From positions 9,553-41,552 of the forward strand of contig NZ_JAQFIQ010000020.1 in assembly GCF_029504745.1 (NCBI RefSeq): a stretch of 32,000 bases of DNA. The letters run 5' to 3'. This DNA is from Breznakia sp. PF5-3 (lineage in GTDB: Bacteria > Bacillota_I > Bacilli_A > Erysipelotrichales > Erysipelotrichaceae). The translations under genes were made by a program, and so were the position numbers. The stretch's first letter is position 1, and each line of letters starts with the position of its first letter. Positions 26,471 through 32,000 of the stretch are shown here, piece by piece. Below the pieces are notes generated by a model. That model was not told where the DNA came from, made no database searches, and worked only from the letters and a program-made list of their open reading frames with translations.

Positions 26471-26497
26471 AGAATAGCTTACATGCTATTCTTTTTT
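26471..26497 (+). terminator. Rho-independent terminator after the phosphohexomutase gene
   Basis: AGAATAGC-ttacat-GCTATTCT followed by TTTTT. Confidence 0.8.
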
Positions 26498-26508
26498 CTT
26501 TATAAAAC

Positions 26509-26523
26509 CTTTCGAAATTCTTT
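26509..26523 (+). repeat. 15-nt box CTTTCGAAATTCTTT, copy 1 (upstream of the TVP38-family gene)
   Basis: This is an exact 15-mer match to 27245-27259. It lies about 20-35 nt upstream of -10-like TATTAT/TATAAA at 26542-26550. Confidence 0.6.
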
Positions 26524-26589
26524 TTCTTTATTGCCCATAGATATTATAAATCTTTGTTTATAGTTATCTTCGTCGGAGGTGAATATAGA

Positions 26590-27243
26590 GTGAAAAAGTA
26601 CAAACCATTATTTTTAAGTGCTGGTGTTTTTCTATTTGTGTTAGCTGCATTTTGTTTGATGGTATATAAGCCATTTATGAATTTTATTGAAAATCCGAAA
26701 ACCTTGCAACAGAGTTTATTATCACTTGGTATTATTGGGCAAATGGTAATGATTCTTATTATGGCGGTTCAAGTCGTTCTTGTTTTTCTGCCTGGTGAAC
26801 TTGTTGAAATAGGAGCTGGATTTATTTATGGACCTATTCATGGAATGATATTATGTTTGCTAGGCGCTGCTTTAGGCTCAATTATTATTTATGTTTGCAT
26901 AAGTAAATTGGGGGTAAAACATCTTAAGAAGAAAGTGGATAATGAGCAGATAAAGCATATTGAGAAAATGAAAGAAAAAAAGAATATTCAGATGATTATC
27001 TTTACTATTTTTTTCATTCCAGGAACACCAAAAGATATTTTAACGTATGCAGCGCCTTTTACAGGAATATCCTTAAAACAATTTCTAATCATAACAAGTG
27101 TTGCAAGAATTCCATCCGTTATTTCTAGTACCTTTGGTGGAAGTACACTTCATACAAATAACTTAACTTTAACACTATCTATTTTTATTGTAACGGCACT
27201 TATCTCTGTTTTAGGTTTGTGGTTTTATAAGAATAAGTTATAA
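26590..27243 (+). CDS. TVP38/TMEM64 (DedA-related, SNARE-associated) family membrane protein
   Basis: GTG 26590 (VKKYKPLF) sits 10 nt after GGAGG (26575-26579). The family motif is VFLPGELVEIGAGFIYG, and multiple TM segments are present. Confidence 0.75.
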   Translation: MKKYKPLFLSAGVFLFVLAAFCLMVYKPFMNFIENPKTLQQSLLSLGIIGQMVMILIMAVQVVLVFLPGELVEIGAGFIYGPIHGMILCLLGAALGSIIIYVCISKLGVKHLKKKVDNEQIKHIEKMKEKKNIQMIIFTIFFIPGTPKDILTYAAPFTGISLKQFLIITSVARIPSVISSTFGGSTLHTNNLTLTLSIFIVTALISVLGLWFYKNKL

Positions 27244-27265
27244 TCTTTCGAAATTCTTTCGAATT
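27244..27265 (+). repeat. 15-nt box copy 2, embedded in a tandem 11-nt direct repeat TCTTTCGAAAT/TCTTTCGAATT (upstream of the response regulator)
   Basis: There are two consecutive 11-nt units with 10/11 identity, a one-helical-turn spacing typical of OmpR/PhoB-type binding sites. A -10 TGTATAAT lies at 27293-27300. Confidence 0.55.
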
Positions 27266-27326
27266 ATATACTAGGTTTCTTTCTGTTTGAAATGTATAAT
27301 GAAAGGCGTGAAAGAGGTGTGTGGTT

Positions 27327-28028
27327 ATGGTGTATAAGATATTGATTGTTGAGGATGAAATAGAAATTGCAAATGCAATTGAGATATATTTAAAAAATCA
27401 AGGGTATATTGTTTTTAAAGCAGCAAATGGAAAAGAAGGTTTAAGTATCATCGAACAAGAAGATATTAGTTTAGCTTTGGTTGATGTTATGATGCCAATT
27501 ATGGATGGTATTACAATGATTATGAAATTGCGAGAGCAATATGATTTTCCAGTAATTGTATTATCTGCTAAGTCTGAAGATATTGATAAAATCACAGGGC
27601 TTAATATAGGAGCAGATGACTATGTGACAAAACCTTTTGTACCAATGGAATTGTTAGCGCGTGTAGCGGCACAATTACGACGTTATACAAGGTTTATTGA
27701 ATTAGCTAAGAAGGAAGAATCTGCCAATCGTTATGTTGTTGGTGGATTGGAAGTAAATATAGATACAAAAGAAGTGTTTGTAGATGGGGAGCTAGTAAAG
27801 ATTACACCAATAGAATTTAAAATATTAGAACTGTTAATGAAACATCCAGGAAAGGTATTTTCTGCCGATACAATTTATGAACTTGTATGGAAAGAGGATG
27901 CAATTAATACAGAAACTGTAATGGTTCACATTCGTAATTTAAGAGAAAAAATTGAAATTAATCCAAAAACCCCAAAATACTTAAAAGTTATTTGGGGTGT
28001 AGGATATAAAATTGAAAAACAATCGTGA
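27327..28028 (+). CDS. OmpR/PhoB-family response regulator
   Basis: ATG 27327 lies behind AAAGAGG. The receiver domain shows ILIVEDE, LALVDVMMP and the conserved Lys in VTKPF. The winged-helix output domain shows LTPIEFKILELL-like sequence and VWGVGYKI. Confidence 0.9.
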   Translation: MVYKILIVEDEIEIANAIEIYLKNQGYIVFKAANGKEGLSIIEQEDISLALVDVMMPIMDGITMIMKLREQYDFPVIVLSAKSEDIDKITGLNIGADDYVTKPFVPMELLARVAAQLRRYTRFIELAKKEESANRYVVGGLEVNIDTKEVFVDGELVKITPIEFKILELLMKHPGKVFSADTIYELVWKEDAINTETVMVHIRNLREKIEINPKTPKYLKVIWGVGYKIEKQS

Positions 28029-28035
28029 GGGTTAT

Positions 28036-30183
28036 ATGAACAAGAAAAGAATATGTAAAGTATCATCTGTTTTATTGCTACTTGTGCTGTCATGTTTTAT
28101 GGTTATTAACTATGATGCAATGAAAGAAAGAGATGGAAAAGATGATGAAAGTTTAAGAGATTACATTTATCAAAAGTGTGAATTACTTCCAAGATATGAA
28201 TTGATGCTAACGTCACATTTACTAAGTGAACAGGGAACAGACTTAAAGTCATTAGTAAAAGAAGTGAAAACAAAAAATATTAATGTAGATTTACAACAAA
28301 TAGAGCAATTTCAAGGACATTCATTATCGGAACTTGAAGGAGAGCCATTAAGATATTATGCAATTGATCATACCAAGGGAACGATTTTTACCAATGATAA
28401 AGCATTAGGGAAAAAACAGGATGTCGATCGTATAAAAGAAAATTATTACTATTATCTTCGTGTTGATTATGACCAACAAGGAGAGGCAAAAGCAAGTGGC
28501 GATTATGATGATTATGATAACTTTGCAGATGAAAAATATCTTCTTGAAGAGCTTGAAGCTCAGAAATATTATGTGTTAGGAGCAACACTTTATGATGAAA
28601 ATACAAATAGTGAAATAAGGACATTGACATTAGAAAATCCTAAAAACATGACTTTTGTATATGCAATTCCTAGGACATACACATTAAGTGATTTTCATAT
28701 GTATGGTTATAATAATAGAGCAGAAGTTTATACAAGTTATTTATTTCCTTATGTAAGTTTGTGTGTACTTGTAATAATACTATTTATTATGTTTTATCCA
28801 ATGGCAATCATAAAGGAATGTAACCCTTATAAGAGCCTTAAAAAAGTAAAGTTCGAAATTGCTTTTATAGTATCAATTATAGCAACTTGCCTTAGCGTTT
28901 TGATTGCGCCTGAGATTACAGCTGTAACCAACAGTGGAAGACTGATGGATTCAATTATGGAAGTTGGAGTCAACAAAGGAAGTCCAATAATTGAAGGAAT
29001 TATAAGTATTATTATGTGGATGTTGATATTTCAATTTGTTGCGTATATTGTATTTATTTTGAAGTATATAATAATGAAAGGGTTTCAATATTTTAAAGAA
29101 AGAACCCTTGTTGCATGGATGATAAACAAATTAATGGAATTACTCGATAAAATTACAAAGTTTGATTTTAGCGATTCGCAAAATAAAGCAATTCTTCGTT
29201 TTGTAGCTTTTCATTTTATCATCATTAGTATTCTTAGTATGATTGGTTTAGTTAGTAATTCGTTCCTATTGGTTTTAGTCTTTATCACTTTATATTCTAT
29301 TGCTTTATTTTACTTCTTAAGAAAAAAGTTTAGCACAATAAAACAAGATTATATGATTTTATTAAATTCTACGAAGAAATTGTCAGATGGTAATTTTGAT
29401 ATAGAGATTGATCAGAATTTGGGGATTTTCAATTCTTTGGGAAATGAATTTAGTAACATCAAAGATGGATTTGAAAAAGCTGTGAATGAAGAGGTGAAAT
29501 CACAGCGGATGAAGACAGAATTAGTATCGAATGTATCACATGATTTGAAAACGCCATTGACAACGATTATTACTTACATAGATTTATTAAAGAATGATAA
29601 TACATCTGATCAACAAACGGCAGAGTATATTCAAACATTAGATCGAAATGCAATGCGTTTGAAAAATTTAATTGATGATTTGTTTGAAGTGAGTAAAGCA
29701 AATAGTGGAAATATTCATTTAGATATAGAAAAAATAGATGTGGTTTCTTTATTAAGGCAAGTGAACTTTGAATGTATGGATAGTAATCAAAGCAAACAAT
29801 TAGAGTTTAGGATTACTACTTCATCTGATAAAATTGACATTCATTTAGATAGTAATAAAACATATCGTATTTTTGAAAATTTATTTATGAATATTTATAA
29901 ATATGCACTTGCTAATACACGTGTGTATATAGATGTGGTTGAACAGGATGATACTGTACATATTTCTTTTAAGAATATTTCTGAGCAGGAAATACAGTTG
30001 AGTGAGGATGAATTGGTAGAGCGTTTTGTTCAAGGAGATAAATCAAGAAATAGTTCTGGATCAGGTTTGGGATTGGCAATTGCGAAAAGCTTTACAACTG
30101 TTCAAGGGGGAACGATGAAGATACTTATTGATGGTGATTTGTTTAAAGTAGAATTGGTCTTTAAGAAAGATAAGCGTTCATAA
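28036..30183 (+). CDS. Sensor histidine kinase with ~200-aa extracytoplasmic domain and multi-TM region
   Basis: ATG 28036 lies behind GTGAGGG. An N-terminal anchor helix is followed by a hydrophilic ~200-aa region and about 6 TM helices. The H-box is SNVSHDLKTPLT, the N-box is NLFMNIYKYA and the G-box is GSGLGLAIAKS. Confidence 0.88.
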   Translation: MNKKRICKVSSVLLLLVLSCFMVINYDAMKERDGKDDESLRDYIYQKCELLPRYELMLTSHLLSEQGTDLKSLVKEVKTKNINVDLQQIEQFQGHSLSELEGEPLRYYAIDHTKGTIFTNDKALGKKQDVDRIKENYYYYLRVDYDQQGEAKASGDYDDYDNFADEKYLLEELEAQKYYVLGATLYDENTNSEIRTLTLENPKNMTFVYAIPRTYTLSDFHMYGYNNRAEVYTSYLFPYVSLCVLVIILFIMFYPMAIIKECNPYKSLKKVKFEIAFIVSIIATCLSVLIAPEITAVTNSGRLMDSIMEVGVNKGSPIIEGIISIIMWMLIFQFVAYIVFILKYIIMKGFQYFKERTLVAWMINKLMELLDKITKFDFSDSQNKAILRFVAFHFIIISILSMIGLVSNSFLLVLVFITLYSIALFYFLRKKFSTIKQDYMILLNSTKKLSDGNFDIEIDQNLGIFNSLGNEFSNIKDGFEKAVNEEVKSQRMKTELVSNVSHDLKTPLTTIITYIDLLKNDNTSDQQTAEYIQTLDRNAMRLKNLIDDLFEVSKANSGNIHLDIEKIDVVSLLRQVNFECMDSNQSKQLEFRITTSSDKIDIHLDSNKTYRIFENLFMNIYKYALANTRVYIDVVEQDDTVHISFKNISEQEIQLSEDELVERFVQGDKSRNSSGSGLGLAIAKSFTTVQGGTMKILIDGDLFKVELVFKKDKRS

Positions 30184-30190
30184 CAAAAAA

Positions 30191-30232
30191 AGAGCATCTT
30201 GTTTCAAATAGAAGCCAAGTAGATGCTCTTTT
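30191..30232. terminator. Terminator hairpin after the histidine kinase gene (A-run/T-run flanked)
   Basis: AGAGCATCT (30191-30199) pairs with AGATGCTCT (30221-30229). It is preceded by A7 and followed by TTTT. The 21-nt loop is long. Confidence 0.6.
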
Positions 30233-30290
30233 GCTTATCATGGATATGAAGGACTTGAGTACCTAACGCCCTGACATCTCCAGTCCTTCC

Positions 30291-30722
30291 CTATTCTAAT
30301 AAATCCATATCATAATCATATAATAAGTTATTTGTCTCAAAGACATTTAACTTTTTTTCAATTGCGTGAATCAAAACGGCATCACGTTTATGTTTAGCAT
30401 ATAGTTTACCATTATTAGTGAGTTGTAGAAGTTTGTTGCATTCATCTAAAGTACAATGAATACCTAAAGAAAATTGAATGATTTTATCTTTTCCACCTAA
30501 CTTTTTACCTTGTAATATTTGATAAGCGTATGTACGATCCAATAATGTATTAGCGATGACATCACTTTTTTTAGCCTTATATTTAACTAGAAGTAATTCA
30601 AAATATTCAATGAATGTTATTTCTTCTAGCTGGTCTACAATATCCTTAAGGTTGTCTTGTGAAGAATGCTTTAAGATTGATTCTAACTCGGTTGTTTTAT
30701 GGTGTTTTGTATATTTTTTCAT
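30291..30722 (-). CDS. Small XRE-like HTH protein (function uncertain)
   Basis: 143 aa from ATG 30722. The central segment KSDVIANTLLDRTYAYQILQGKKLGGKDKIIQFSLGIHCTLDECNKLLQ resembles the short Cro/C1-type HTH proteins common in Clostridia-like genomes. Confidence 0.55.
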   Translation of the reverse strand: MKKYTKHHKTTELESILKHSSQDNLKDIVDQLEEITFIEYFELLLVKYKAKKSDVIANTLLDRTYAYQILQGKKLGGKDKIIQFSLGIHCTLDECNKLLQLTNNGKLYAKHKRDAVLIHAIEKKLNVFETNNLLYDYDMDLLE

Positions 30723-30738
30723 CAACTATATTATACAA

Positions 30739-30764
30739 TAAAAAAAGCTACTTTTATAGTAGCT
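30739..30764 (-). terminator. Rho-independent terminator after the SDR gene
   Basis: The minus strand reads AGCTACT-ataaa-AGTAGCT followed by T7. The hairpin begins at the SDR stop codon. Confidence 0.7.
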
Positions 30765-31531
30765 TATACAATTGACATTCCTCCATCAATAATGATGAAT
30801 TGACCTGTTACATAGCTTGATGCATCACTAGAAAAATATAAGATTGTGCCATTTAATTCGCCTCGTTTTCCAGGACGATTCATTGGATTTAATCCATTGT
30901 ATAGATTCAAGAATGCTTCTGATTTAAACAATGTGTTTTCGGTCATTTCAGATTCAAACAATCCAGGACCAATGGCATTTACAGTAATGTTGTATTTACC
31001 ATAAGATGCAGCCATTCCTTTGGTAAGTCCCAATACAGCTGCTTTACTCGCATTGTATGAATGACGGATGAAGGTATCATCTTTGTCTGCAATAATTGCA
31101 TTTATGGAAGCTGTGTTAACAATTTTTCCATAGTTGTTATCTATCATATGTTTTACAACATATTTACTAACTAAGAAAATTCCTTTTACATTCACATCCA
31201 TAGATTTGTCAAAATCTTCAACACTCAATGTATCAACACCACCGCGAACTGCAACACCTGCGTTATTTAATAAGATATCTAAATGTCCAAAATGATCAAA
31301 GGCTTTTTGGATTCCATCTTTTACACTTTCTTCGTTTGTGACATCCATCTTAATTGGTAAGACATCACGCCCCAAAGTTTTGATCTCCGCTGCCACCGCT
31401 TCTAAACGATCAAGTCTTCTTGCTAACAATACAACATCTGCTCCTGCTTTTGCATAAGCGATTGCAGCATCTTTTCCTAAACCACTACTAGCACCAGTTA
31501 CAACTGCTACTTTACCTGTTAAGTCAAACAT
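30764..31531 (-). CDS. Short-chain dehydrogenase/reductase (classical SDR, gluconate-5-dehydrogenase/KduD/FabG-like)
   Basis: ATG 31531 (MFDLTGKVAVVTGASSGLG) sits 7 nt after GGAGG. The protein carries the NNAG motif and the catalytic YNASK. Confidence 0.88.
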   Translation of the reverse strand: MFDLTGKVAVVTGASSGLGKDAAIAYAKAGADVVLLARRLDRLEAVAAEIKTLGRDVLPIKMDVTNEESVKDGIQKAFDHFGHLDILLNNAGVAVRGGVDTLSVEDFDKSMDVNVKGIFLVSKYVVKHMIDNNYGKIVNTASINAIIADKDDTFIRHSYNASKAAVLGLTKGMAASYGKYNITVNAIGPGLFESEMTENTLFKSEAFLNLYNGLNPMNRPGKRGELNGTILYFSSDASSYVTGQFIIIDGGMSIV

Positions 31532-31633
31532 AGTATTACCTCCCATCTTTGTTTGTGTTAACTTTACATACATTATACGAGTGATCTAAGAAAACAACAA
31601 TTTATGTGCTTAAGATAATTATTTGAAAAAGGC

Positions 31634-31662
31634 TTGCATTTTTTATTGTTAACGTGTAATAT
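31634..31662 (+). promoter_or_regulatory. Candidate sigma-A promoter of the T-box leader
   Basis: TTGCAT (31634-31639), a 17-nt spacer, then TAATAT (31657-31662). Confidence 0.55.
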
Positions 31663-31668
31663 GTCTAT

Positions 31669-31899
31669 ATTAAAAGTAATGATCAGGAGTAGTACCTAAA
31701 TAAAGTGCTTATAGAGACTAGTTGGTTGGTGAAAAACTAGAGCATGAAGTAGGGAACGTGACTGTGAACTGGGATATCGAACGATGATGAGGTAATCCTC
31801 GCTTGCTAGCGTTATAGTAAAGAGCCAATACAGAGAGTGTATTGGAAACATGGTGGTACCGCGAACTATTCGTCCTTGTATGTAAGGATGAATTTTTTT
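31669..31899 (+). promoter_or_regulatory. T-box riboswitch leader (tRNA-sensing transcription attenuator)
   Basis: A K-turn (UGA...UGA) sits at the base of Stem I. The S-turn AGUA/GAA specifier loop is at 31754-31761, with an AGAGA bulge and the distal loop GGUUGGUGAAAA. The T-box sequence is AACATGGTGGTACCGCGAA (31847-31866). The terminator pairs TTCGTCCTT with AAGGATGAA (31869-31892) and is followed by T7. Confidence 0.85.
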
Positions 31900-32000
31900 A
31901 TTTATAGGAGCTAACTATAAGGAAGTCAAGCAATATTGACCAACTTTAAAAAGTTTTTAAAGATCTTTGAAAAGTGAATAAGTGTACACTGAAAATAACT

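Noticed and set aside
1-32000. I looked for mobile elements, prophage genes, CRISPR arrays, tRNA/rRNA genes and an obvious compositional island.
   Set aside because: I found no transposase, integrase or recombinase-like ORF, and no terminal inverted repeats flanking a block. There is no array of regularly spaced direct repeats and no tRNA-like cloverleaf. Composition looks uniform by eye. The window reads as core or accessory metabolic chromosome rather than a mobile island.

Overview
This is an AT-rich (about one-third GC by eye) chromosomal segment from a low-GC Gram-positive bacterium. Supporting signals are strong GGAGG Shine-Dalgarno sites, a Staphylococcus-type class I aldolase, mannose-family PTS genes and a T-box leader; finer taxonomy needs a database search. 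I call 29 protein genes plus one tentative 20-codon ORF. I found no rRNA, tRNA, CRISPR array, transposase or integrase. Layout: (1) 1-5140 is an frl/gfr-like fructosamine (Amadori) locus. It holds a truncated FrlB-like SIS deglycase, an unusual 710-aa FrlD-kinase/HAD/RPE-epimerase fusion, an orphan PTS EIIA, a DMT permease and a GntR regulator. (2) 5390-8488 is a single-polypeptide MacB-type ABC transporter with a ~600-aa extracytoplasmic insert. (3) 8688-10957 holds two small proteins and glpK. (4) 11086-17648 is the block I consider most likely to be an undescribed system. A GntR/HutC regulator precedes an 8-gene operon with a complete Man-family PTS (EIIA/B/C/D), two paralogous small amidohydrolases, an IF-2B/MtnA-family protein with substituted catalytic positions, and a BtpA/SgcQ-family TIM barrel. 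(5) 17653-20870 holds a UvrA paralog lacking the UvrB-binding region, divergent from an AraC/GyrI-like regulator. (6) 20.9-21.35 kb is a gene-free region with a candidate ~205-nt three-hairpin RNA. It has an extended -10 promoter and an intrinsic terminator, points at the 3' end of a convergent Mga-like regulator, and is followed by a tiny ORF with a perfect SD. (7) 22879-26465 holds fda, a methyltransferase and a phosphohexomutase. (8) 26509-30183 holds a TVP38-family membrane protein and an OmpR/histidine-kinase pair whose upstream regions share an exact 15-nt box. (9) 30291-31899 holds an apparently leaderless XRE-like gene, an SDR and a T-box leader. All functional calls rest on by-eye motif recognition; none has been confirmed by a search.
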